Below are positions 1 through 8,574 of a stretch of DNA of 64,000 bases, piece after piece. The notes beneath the pieces are model-generated. The model was not told where the DNA came from, ran no database searches, and worked only from the letters and a program-made list of their open reading frames with translations. The stretch comes from Kaistella sp. (GTDB taxonomy: Bacteria > Bacteroidota > Bacteroidia > Flavobacteriales > Weeksellaceae), in the NCBI RefSeq assembly GCF_041824135.1, contig NZ_JBGZYM010000084.1, forward strand, positions 102,067 to 166,066, in the 5' to 3' direction. A program made the translations under genes and the position numbers. The stretch's first letter is position 1; each line of letters starts with the position of its first letter.

Positions 1-2
1 TG

Positions 3-401
3 CGTTCCAGTGGAGCAGGTGGGCAAAACGTGAATAAAGTAGAAACCGCAGTTCGATTGCGTCACGCGCCAACTGGAATTATTATCGAAAACTCCGAATC
101 CCGTTCACAGCTTCAAAATAAGGAGAAAGCAATGCAATTGTTGCGCTCCCGATTATATGAAATGGAACTCGAAGAACGTATGAAAGCCAGAACTGAGATC
201 GAAGCCGGAAAGATGAAAATCGAGTGGGGAAGTCAGATCCGGAATTACGTGATGCATCCGTATAAATTGGTGAAAGACGTTCGGTCTGGCCATGAAACTT
301 CGGACGTTGATGGCGTAATGAATGGAGATTTAACACCGTTTCTAAAAGCCTTCCTAATGGCGGATGGAACTGCAGTTTCTGAAGACGATTTTACACTTTA
401 A
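3..401 (+). CDS. prfB: Peptide chain release factor 2, C-terminal part (5' end outside window)
   Basis: Frame 3 reads [19 protein letters not shown] (GGQ motif) and [20 protein letters not shown], typical of RF2. Confidence 0.95.
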   Translation, partial: RSSGAGGQNVNKVETAVRLRHAPTGIIIENSESRSQLQNKEKAMQLLRSRLYEMELEERMKARTEIEAGKMKIEWGSQIRNYVMHPYKLVKDVRSGHETSDVDGVMNGDLTPFLKAFLMADGTAVSEDDFTL

Positions 402-442
402 ATTATATTGAAAGTTTTAAGATTTAAAATAATATTAAAATT

Positions 443-1411
443 TTGAAAGAAACAATCACTCAATTTTTCAATAACTATGGTTTGTTTAGTCCGTTGGATT
501 TTACGGATCCGGTTACTTATTTTGTTCCCGGATTTATCCTTTTGATTTTGGGTGAAACATTTTTGTATCAAATTCCTCAGAAATTATTCACCAAAAAACT
601 CGTAAAAGATGAACTTTCCAGCGTTGGATTAGGTTTAGGCGCCATGTTTTTGGATTTTGGAATGAAGGCTATTTCGCTTTCCTATTTTTTCTGGATTTAC
701 AATCATCTCAGATTGACCAATATTTTTGGAATTGAAAATTTTTCAGAATTTTTCACTTTAAAATGGCAGCTCGAACACTGGTGGTTATGGATTTTGGTTT
801 TGATCGTTCAGGATTTTGGCTTTTATTGGCACCATCGTTTGAGTCATAAAATTCGGCTTCTTTGGACGGGACATGTTAACCATCACTCTGCGACGCACCT
901 CAGTTTTGCGATTGCTCTGCGACAAGGTTGGTTCGAAATTGTCTACCGTGATATTTGGTATATTCCTTTTGTTTTGGTCGGTTTTCATCCGATTATGATT
1001 GTGATGATGCATCAGATTAATTTAATTTATCAGTTTTGGCCGCATACCAATGCGATTGGAAAACTCGGGTGGTTCGATAAAATTTTCAATTCACCGTCAA
1101 ATCATCGCGTTCATCACTCTCGGAAAATTGAAGATTTAGACAAAAATTATGGTGGAATATTGATGGTGTGGGATCATCTATTTGGAACTTATAAATCTGA
1201 AGATCAAAAAATTGAAGAGTACGGAATTCTGCGTAACATTCAAACGCACAATGTTTTTCATATCGTTTTCGATGAATTTGGAAATTTAGTAAGAGATGTG
1301 AAATCTGCGCCTGATTTTCGCGCGAAACTGAACTATATTTTCAAAGCTCCTGGTTGGAATCACACCGGAAAAGATGAGCGGATCGCCACCTTGCAAAAGA
1401 ATTCAAATTAA
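443..1411 (+). CDS. Sterol desaturase / fatty-acid hydroxylase family membrane protein
   Basis: His boxes HRLSH, HVNHH and HRVHH, plus NYGGILMVWDHLFGT; hydrophobic N-terminus. Confidence 0.88.
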   Translation: MKETITQFFNNYGLFSPLDFTDPVTYFVPGFILLILGETFLYQIPQKLFTKKLVKDELSSVGLGLGAMFLDFGMKAISLSYFFWIYNHLRLTNIFGIENFSEFFTLKWQLEHWWLWILVLIVQDFGFYWHHRLSHKIRLLWTGHVNHHSATHLSFAIALRQGWFEIVYRDIWYIPFVLVGFHPIMIVMMHQINLIYQFWPHTNAIGKLGWFDKIFNSPSNHRVHHSRKIEDLDKNYGGILMVWDHLFGTYKSEDQKIEEYGILRNIQTHNVFHIVFDEFGNLVRDVKSAPDFRAKLNYIFKAPGWNHTGKDERIATLQKNSN

Positions 1412-1485
1412 ATATATGTTAAATCATCTTAAATAATTTTCATTACCGATTTTAATAAAGTATTTTTGTTTTTTTTAGAAAATAT

Positions 1486-2181
1486 ATGGAAAACTTTGAA
1501 AGTTGGAAGGATCTTTTAAATCCTGAATTTTATATACAGATGGGCGGTTTTTGGCTGATCTTGTTCATTATCTTCGCAGAAACTGGTTTATTCGTAGGAT
1601 TTTTCCTGCCAGGTGACAGTTTACTTTTTGTATCCGGAATTTATGCCGTAGAAATTATTAAAGAAACTTTCGGGTCTACGGGAAGTGATTTATTAGACAC
1701 CACTATTTTAGCAACGTCTGTCGCAATCGCTGCCGTGATCGGCAACGAAATCGGTTACTGGTTTGGTTTAAAAGCAGGTCCTGCTTTATATAAAAGAGAA
1801 GATTCATTCCTTTTCAAAAAGAAATATCTTTTCCAGGCACATGATTTTTTCGAAGAACATGGTGCGTTGGCTGTAATCATGGCGAGATTCTTACCAATCG
1901 TAAGAACTTTCACCCCAATTGTAGCTGGAATCGTGAAAATGGATAAGGGTCGATTTTTTATCGACAATGTGATCGGTGCTTTCCTGTGGTCATTCTCTTT
2001 AATTTTCGCCGGACATTATTTAGATGCATTATTTAAAACTCAATTTGATATTGATTTGAAATCGCATTTAGAAATGATCATCATTATTATCGTATTGATT
2101 ACAACCGTTCCAATTATCGCTAAATTCTTCTTCGGAAAAAAGAAAGAGGTTGTTGATGATGAAATTGATACGCACGGATAA
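1486..2181 (+). CDS. DedA family membrane protein
   Basis: FAETGLFVGFFLPGDSLLF and ARFLPIVRTFTPIVAG DedA motifs. Confidence 0.93.
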   Translation: MENFESWKDLLNPEFYIQMGGFWLILFIIFAETGLFVGFFLPGDSLLFVSGIYAVEIIKETFGSTGSDLLDTTILATSVAIAAVIGNEIGYWFGLKAGPALYKREDSFLFKKKYLFQAHDFFEEHGALAVIMARFLPIVRTFTPIVAGIVKMDKGRFFIDNVIGAFLWSFSLIFAGHYLDALFKTQFDIDLKSHLEMIIIIIVLITTVPIIAKFFFGKKKEVVDDEIDTHG

Positions 2182-2200
2182 AAATATCTTCACATAAATT

Positions 2201-2235
2201 AAAACAGCATTCTTTTCGGAATGCTGTTTTTTTTG
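2201..2235. terminator. Bidirectional intrinsic terminator
   Basis: aaaacagcattc / gaatgctgtttt stem with A- and T-tracts, between convergent genes. Confidence 0.85.
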
Positions 2236-2286
2236 TTTTAAGGTTGTAGGTCAAATAATTTCGTTTGCTGGAAATGATAAGCAAAA

Positions 2287-2655
2287 TTATTTGGTATGAC
2301 TTTTAAGTCGCTCAATAAGCATGGTGATAATTCTTCTATTATAATCTTTACTTTGAGTCGCATAAACTGCAATCTCGTCGATTGTAAATAGACCAATCGT
2401 AATGCCGATAAAGGTGTTTTTAAGAACCATGTCTTTCTGAAGACTTTGTTCGATAAAAGTTCTCTTCTTCGCTCCAGACAACGTTTCATAATCTGATTTT
2501 TGACGCATTGCGTAACTTTCAAATAAAGCCACATAAAGGTCGTTTTGTAATTTCAAAATCGGTCTTAAAGTTTGGTTTTGAAAGTTTTCTACTTCGGTAC
2601 TTTCTTCTGAAATTGGAATATCTAAAGTTGGTCTTAGGTCTAATTTGTTAATCAT
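2287..2655 (-). CDS. Conserved hypothetical protein (flavobacterial)
   Basis: 122-aa ORF with FQNQTLRPILKLQNDL segment; no catalytic motif recognised. Confidence 0.7.
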   Translation of the reverse strand: MINKLDLRPTLDIPISEESTEVENFQNQTLRPILKLQNDLYVALFESYAMRQKSDYETLSGAKKRTFIEQSLQKDMVLKNTFIGITIGLFTIDEIAVYATQSKDYNRRIITMLIERLKSHTK

Positions 2656-2810
2656 TGGTATTTTTGGACTAAGTTGTTTTTAACAGTGTAAATTTAAGTG
2701 ATTTTCTCTTAAATTGATAAGCAATTCTCGCATAGGAATTAATACTTAAATGCAATTTTAATATCACTTTTAATGAAAGTTTTTTGAGCTTGTTAGAATG
2801 GTAGTGATAT

Positions 2811-4202
2811 TTATTCCTTATACATTTCCGTAAATAGAGTGTTGAGCGATTCTGAATAAGTAGGATGTGAAAATATGGTTGTCGATAAATATTTAGCAGG
2901 AATTTTACCGTGCATCGCCATTTGGATGACCGAAGCAATTTCTCCACCTTCGCTGCAGACAATGCTCGCACCTAAAATTAATCCAGTTTCTTTATCTACA
3001 ATCGCTTTCCAAAGTCCTTGCGGCTCACCTGTTTCAATACCTCGCGTAATTCTTTTGCCTTCAATTTTTATCACTTTAAAATTCAAGCCTTTTTTTATTG
3101 CCTGATCTTCAGATAAACCGCCCCTTCCTAATTGTGGATCCGTAAACATGGTATACGGAACAATTCTGCCTTTTGTAGATGCGTTTCCTTTGTGTAAAAG
3201 ATTGGTTTGAAGGATCACGAAATCGTTATAGGCAATATGGGTAAATTGCGGACCGCCATTAATATCACCTAAAGCATAAATTCCTTCGATATTCGTTTCC
3301 AGTTTTTTATTTACTTTTATATATCCTTTTTTGTCCAGTTTTATTCCGGCAGCTTTTACATTGAGACCATCAGCATTGGATTCCCGTCCAGTTGCAACCA
3401 AAAGATGAGTTCCGGAAATAGACGTTTTTTTATCATCTGTACTGTAAGTTACCTTGACTTCTTTACCGGCTTTTTCTACCATCTGAACGGAACAATTCAG
3501 TAAGAAATGAAGTCCGTCCGCTTCCAAAAGCTCTTGCAATGATTCAGCAATATCCTGATCTTCGCCAGACATAATTTGTGCAGCGGTTTCAATGATCGTT
3601 ACGTCACTGCCGAATCGACTGTACATTTGTCCAAGTTCCAATCCGATATAACCCGCACCGATTACAATTAATTTTTCCGGTATTTCTTCAAGAGCAAGAA
3701 TTCCACTGGAGTCATACCATTTTACTTCATCCAAACCTTTAATTTTTGGCACCGCTGGACGGGCACCTGCATCAATAAATATATAAGGTGCGGTAAACTC
3801 TTGTGTCGTACCATCTTTCTTTTTAACAATCACTTTTTTCTTGCTGCTAAAAGAAGCAGTTCCATAGACAAGCTCCAGGTTTTCTGCAGTAGCAGTCCGT
3901 TTCAGCACACCTTCTTTAGAATCATCAACAATTTTATCTTTTCTTTTTTGAGTCGTTCCAAAATCTATTTTAAGATCAGAAACTGAAATTCCGTGTTTTT
4001 CTGCGGTATTAATAGCGTGCATTACTTTCGCGGAAGCTATTAACGTTTTTGTCGGGGTGCAGCCAACGTTCAAACAAGATCCGCCGAGCTCCACTTCAGA
4101 CTTTTCAATCATAACCGTTTTCCAGCCTGCTTCTGACAGTTTTTCCGAAAGCGGTTTGGCGGCTTGTCCGGACCCAATTATAATTGCATCTTTTTTGATC
4201 AT
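2811..4202 (-). CDS. Pyridine nucleotide-disulphide oxidoreductase (RclA-like; family often labelled mercuric reductase)
   Basis: GSGQAA FAD-binding site, GGSCLNVGCTPTK redox CxxxxC, GAGYIG NAD site and C-terminal HPTYSE; no C-terminal Cys pair. Confidence 0.88.
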   Translation of the reverse strand: MIKKDAIIIGSGQAAKPLSEKLSEAGWKTVMIEKSEVELGGSCLNVGCTPTKTLIASAKVMHAINTAEKHGISVSDLKIDFGTTQKRKDKIVDDSKEGVLKRTATAENLELVYGTASFSSKKKVIVKKKDGTTQEFTAPYIFIDAGARPAVPKIKGLDEVKWYDSSGILALEEIPEKLIVIGAGYIGLELGQMYSRFGSDVTIIETAAQIMSGEDQDIAESLQELLEADGLHFLLNCSVQMVEKAGKEVKVTYSTDDKKTSISGTHLLVATGRESNADGLNVKAAGIKLDKKGYIKVNKKLETNIEGIYALGDINGGPQFTHIAYNDFVILQTNLLHKGNASTKGRIVPYTMFTDPQLGRGGLSEDQAIKKGLNFKVIKIEGKRITRGIETGEPQGLWKAIVDKETGLILGASIVCSEGGEIASVIQMAMHGKIPAKYLSTTIFSHPTYSESLNTLFTEMYKE

Positions 4203-4465
4203 TGGTCTATTTTTAAATTTGTTTTGAAATTATGGTTGAAGTAACTGAGTTCGTTAGTCCAATTTGAAGACCAACCAATATACAGAATTTAAAAATGTTA
4301 TCGTGTAAATTGAAACGCTTTGAGCTACTCAATTGATTTTAAACAAAGTAGAGGGTGTTTTTGATAAACATTTTTAACATCAGAAGGAAAAATTTTAAAA
4401 TTAATACAGAAATATTTACATCACTTTAATTCTTTATCGTAATATTGCAATATAGAAATAACAAT

Positions 4466-4795
4466 ATGGGAGCGAGTAAAACAGAACACTTTACAGAAGA
4501 TCAAAATGAAATGGCAAAGATTGCAAAAGCGTTGTCACATCCGGCCAGAATTGCGATTCTGGAACATCTTTTAAAAGTCAATGAATGTATTTGTGGCGAT
4601 ATCGTTTCCGAACTTCCGTTGGCACAACCAACCGTTTCTCAACATTTGAAAGAAATGAAAAACGCTGGAATCATCAAAGGAACGATCGACGGCAATTCTG
4701 TTTGCTATTGTGCGGACGAGAAGACCATCGAAAAACTTCATCTTTATTTCAAAGAAATTTCAACAAAGTTGTCCAACAGAAGCTCGTGTTGTTAA
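4466..4795 (+). CDS. arsR: ArsR/SmtB family transcriptional regulator
   Basis: [35 protein letters not shown] and C-terminal CC; ATG at 4466 preferred over TTG at 4445. Confidence 0.9.
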   Translation: MGASKTEHFTEDQNEMAKIAKALSHPARIAILEHLLKVNECICGDIVSELPLAQPTVSQHLKEMKNAGIIKGTIDGNSVCYCADEKTIEKLHLYFKEISTKLSNRSSCC

Positions 4796-4822
4796 TTATA
4801 GAAAAATATCCAATCATTTATT

Positions 4823-4856
4823 ACCCAACACCCAACACCTAACACCCAACACCTAA
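4823..4856. repeat. Heptamer tandem repeat (acccaac/acctaac) x5
   Basis: acccaac acccaac acctaac acccaac acctaa read directly. Confidence 0.85.
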
Positions 4857-4860
4857 AATA

Positions 4861-5694
4861 ATGGATACCAACGAAAAAATCAAAGAAATGGTAAAGCAGA
4901 AATACAGTGAAATTGCTTTGCAGGATCAGGAAACCAATGCTTCTTCTTGCTGTGGAAGTGGCGGCTGCACCACTGAAGTTTACAATGTCATGAGCGATGA
5001 ATATGATCATTTGGAAGGTTACAGCGCAGATGCTGATTTAAAATTAGGTTGTGGTTTACCAACTGAATTTGCCAAGATTCAACCCGGAAATACGGTGGTT
5101 GATTTAGGAAGTGGAGCAGGAAATGATTGTTTCGTAGCTAGACATGAAACGGGTGAAACCGGGAAAGTGATCGGAATTGACTTCACACCAGAAATGATTG
5201 ATAAAGCCAGACTGAATGCTGATAAACTGAAATATAATAATGTTGAATTCAGATTAGGTGACATTGAAAATATTCCGACTATGAGTAATATCGCTGATGT
5301 TGTCGTGAGTAATTGTGTGATGAATCTGGTGCCCAATAAATCAAAAGCATTTAGTGAGGTTCACCGTATTTTAAAAGTGGGCGGACATTTCAGTATTTCA
5401 GATATTGTGCTGACCGGTGATCTTCCGGAAAAAATTAAAAATGCGGCAGAAATGTACGCAGGTTGTGTGGCAAGTGCGATTCAGAAAGACGAATATTTAG
5501 ACATTATTAAAAATTCTGGATTTAAAAACATAACGCTTCAAAAAGAAAAACCGATCATTATTCCAAATGATATTTTGAAAAACTATCTGAACGAAGACGA
5601 GATTGAAACCTATAATTCTAATAAAAATATTATTTTCAGCATTACGGTTTACGCCGAGAAACTAGATGAATGTTGTGGTCCGACTTGTTGCTAA
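4861..5694 (+). CDS. arsM: Arsenite S-adenosylmethionine methyltransferase
   Basis: SCCG, LGCG, DLGSGAG SAM motif, SNCV, GCVA and Cys-rich tail CCGPTCC; directly downstream of arsR. Confidence 0.92.
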   Translation: MDTNEKIKEMVKQKYSEIALQDQETNASSCCGSGGCTTEVYNVMSDEYDHLEGYSADADLKLGCGLPTEFAKIQPGNTVVDLGSGAGNDCFVARHETGETGKVIGIDFTPEMIDKARLNADKLKYNNVEFRLGDIENIPTMSNIADVVVSNCVMNLVPNKSKAFSEVHRILKVGGHFSISDIVLTGDLPEKIKNAAEMYAGCVASAIQKDEYLDIIKNSGFKNITLQKEKPIIIPNDILKNYLNEDEIETYNSNKNIIFSITVYAEKLDECCGPTCC

Positions 5695-5724
5695 AATTCT
5701 ATTTCTAGTGAAAATCGCTTTAAT

Positions 5725-5757
5725 AAAAAAAGCAAGACTAACTTCTTGCTTTTTTTT
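5725..5757. terminator. Bidirectional intrinsic terminator
   Basis: aaaaaagcaaga / tcttgctttttt stem between convergent arsM and SDR genes. Confidence 0.8.
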
Positions 5758-5779
5758 GTTTTTAAAAGACCGTGATCTA

Positions 5780-6766
5780 TTATTTCTTTTTAGATTTCAT
5801 ATATAGAAATCCGATGGCGATTCCGGTAACCATCATCAAAATCGTTTTCTGTTTTTTTGTTGGAACGGGAAGGGCCATTTCACCATAAATTCTCATCGGA
5901 TCTTTTGATGGATAATTAACATTACCGTCGGTATTCGTGGTAGCATCTTCTTTCATCACTAATCTCAATGCTGCAGACGCGGTATTTATAATTGCTTTCG
6001 GAAATAAACCGTAGAGTATTTTAGATACTTGTGCATAACCATCCGTAATGATGCTTTTCTTTGGATTTTTTGCGGCCTCAACCATTTGCGCTGCCAGTTC
6101 GCGCGGATCTACTGAAAATGGTGGAATCTTGAAATCCAACCCAGAATATTTTGCGGAGTGGGTATTTCCTGTTGATCTTTGGATTCCTGGATATAAACCT
6201 ACAATATGAATATTCGGTTCATCAGAAACTTCACCCTGCAAACCTTCTACCATTCCACGGATTCCAAACTTTGTGCTTGAATAGGCTGTAGAATATGGAG
6301 CTGGCATCCATCCGCCAATCGAAACATTATTAATTAAAATTCCTTCTTTCTGTTTTTTGAAGATTGGCAGTACGGCATGAGCACCGTGTAAAAATCCCAG
6401 TAAATTAGTCTTCACTATTTGATCCATGGTTTCAATCGGGATTTCTTCAAACTTACCACTTGCCATTACTCCGGCATTATTCACCCAAATATCGATTCTT
6501 CCGTTAAATTGTAAAGCTTTTTCTGCTAAATGCTGAACTTGCTGTGCATCAGATACATCGGTTTGAACTCCCAAGGCAACAACTTCTAAATCGTGACATA
6601 AAGCAACAGTTTCATCTAATCCTTCTTGTCCTCTGGCAGCAACTACTACATTGCAACCTTCCAACGCAAACGCTTCTGCGGCAGCTCTACCAACGCCACT
6701 TGTTCCACCGGTGATCACTACTGTTTTGCCACGTAATTCTCCGTATTTTATTTCTTGATTTTCCAT
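5780..6766 (-). CDS. SDR family oxidoreductase
   Basis: TGGTSGVG Rossmann motif, NNAG and YSSTK catalytic YxxxK. Confidence 0.92.
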   Translation of the reverse strand: MENQEIKYGELRGKTVVITGGTSGVGRAAAEAFALEGCNVVVAARGQEGLDETVALCHDLEVVALGVQTDVSDAQQVQHLAEKALQFNGRIDIWVNNAGVMASGKFEEIPIETMDQIVKTNLLGFLHGAHAVLPIFKKQKEGILINNVSIGGWMPAPYSTAYSSTKFGIRGMVEGLQGEVSDEPNIHIVGLYPGIQRSTGNTHSAKYSGLDFKIPPFSVDPRELAAQMVEAAKNPKKSIITDGYAQVSKILYGLFPKAIINTASAALRLVMKEDATTNTDGNVNYPSKDPMRIYGEMALPVPTKKQKTILMMVTGIAIGFLYMKSKKK

Positions 6767-6954
6767 AATAATAAATTGTAAATGTTAGATTGATGCTTTA
6801 CTACTATCAATTATTATGCAATTCATTTCGTCAACTAAATCCGAATCATATTAATGAAGGATTCTGTGTAAAAATGAAATCATTTGTTAAATGGTATCTG
6901 TTAATTTTATAAATTTGAGATTCTGCTCTTTTTAACAATAACGAAATATCTGCG

Positions 6955-7824
6955 ATGAAAAAATTTTTAACTCTTTCGATTTTACTGCTTGGCTTCATTT
7001 CTTATGGACAAACATTTGAGCAGACCGTTGCCGACGCATCGTGTGAATGTATTCAGGAATTACCAGACCTTACGGATGAGAATTATAAAAACTGTATTTC
7101 AACCTCTTTAACCGAAGCCTTAGTGAAAGGAGATGTGAAAAGAAATATGAAGCAGATCGGTACTGTTAAAGGAATGAAAAGCACTTTAGAGAAAGTGTAT
7201 GGTATTTTAGCAGAGAGCTGTTCACTCAACGCAAACAAAGAACTTAAACAAAAAAGAGAAGTGTATTATTCCGCCTCTCCAAATTACGAGGCTAATATTT
7301 CCTATAATATGGGGAAAGATTTTATGGAACAGGGAAACTATCAGCTGGCCATAAAATCATTTGAAAAAGCTTTGGAAAATGATGAAAATTTTGTTCTAGC
7401 TCTGGATGATATTGCTATTTCTTATCGACAGTTAAATCAATTTGATGAAGCGATCACCTATTATAAAAAATCGTTGGCTGTTTTTCCGGAAGGTGATTTT
7501 GCCTTAATGAATATTGCAGTAGTTTATAATTTAAAAGAGGATTATAAAACCTCCAATGAATATTACGCTCAACTCATGCAGTATCAGCCTCATAATGCGT
7601 AAGGCTAGTATGGATTTGGTAGAAATCTAAGTTTTTTAGAAGATTATGAGAATGCCTTATTACATATTATTAAGGCTCATAAAATCTATATTTTTGAAAA
7701 ATCTGATTATGAAAAACATTCTCTACAAATGATTGGAATTCTTTATGGTCTCATGAAAGAAAAAGGAAATGAAAAAGAGTTTTATAGGATTGCCAAAGAA
7801 AACGGGATCACCATCAAACAATGA
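6955..7824 (+). pseudogene. Secreted TPR protein interrupted by two in-frame stops (7600-7602 TAA, 7606-7608 TAG)
   Basis: Signal peptide and TPR repeats; the same frame continues ..HNA*G*YGFGRNLSFLEDYENAL..ITIKQ to TGA at 7822-7824. Confidence 0.75.
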
Positions 7825-7857
7825 TCAAAATACCTGTACTAAAAACAATTAACTAAA

Positions 7858-8366
7858 ATGTCGAATGCTTACGCTTTACAAAACGCAGATTTTCTGGATC
7901 ATATCGTTGTGGTCTGTCCTAAATGTGCCAAGAGAGCGGTCGTGACAGGTGGCAAACCCAATCAGTATTTAGTTGAAGACGAGCAGAACATTCGGGGTGC
8001 CTGTGCGCATTGCGGTTTTGTTGCAGTTCTAAATGAGGCGTCGAAATCAACGGTATTTGTCAACAGTCGGGACGTTCCGGTAAAATCACATGTACTTTAT
8101 TTCAACAGTCCGTGTGATCCGTTCTTCCAATTGCCGGTCTGGTATGAGATTCCAACCACTCACGGATCTTTGTGGGCGTATAACGAGGACCATCTTACGT
8201 TATCGAAAATTTTATTGCAGACAAAATACGCAGTCGAAACGGTATCGCATTAAAAAATAAAAGTATCGCAAGTCGACTTCCAGTTTGGGCATCCAGCGCA
8301 AAAAACCGCGAATATTTAGTGAAGACCATCAAAAAATTCAAAGAAAAACAGGACTTCTCTGTATAA
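7858..8366 (+). pseudogene. Zn-ribbon (CxxC..CxxC) protein with a frameshift near 8200
   Basis: CPKC and CAHC motifs; after LWAYNEDHLT the protein-like sequence continues in another frame from 8202 (IENFIADKIRSRNGIALKNKSIASRLPVWASSAKNREYL..) to TAA at 8364-8366. Confidence 0.72.
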
Positions 8367-8532
8367 TTCCACAAGCGTTTAATTTCATAAATAGCGTTGT
8401 TTTTTCGAAAACGCTATCGATTATTCATGAACCTATTTAAGATTTTGTCACGATTGAAACGCTTTGGCATCCACACTTTGCGAAATTTTCAAAATGAGTT
8501 GTTAAAAAATTCTTAATTATATTGAAAATCAT

Positions 8533-8540
8533 TATATTTG
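8533..8540 (+). promoter_or_regulatory. Bacteroidota housekeeping-sigma -7 box upstream of secDF
   Basis: tatatttg matches TAnnTTTG, 34 nt before the ATG. Confidence 0.6.
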
Positions 8541-8574
8541 CCGACTATAATTTTAATGTTGTAAACTATTAACA

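Noticed and set aside
3-401. prfB programmed +1 frameshift
   Set aside because: The site would be near the 5' end of the gene, outside this window.
2811-4202. True mercuric reductase MerA
   Set aside because: No C-terminal Cys-Cys pair, no N-terminal metal-binding domain and no other mer genes.
7600-7608. Alternative genetic code or stop read-through
   Set aside because: TAA and TAG terminate well-defined genes throughout the window.
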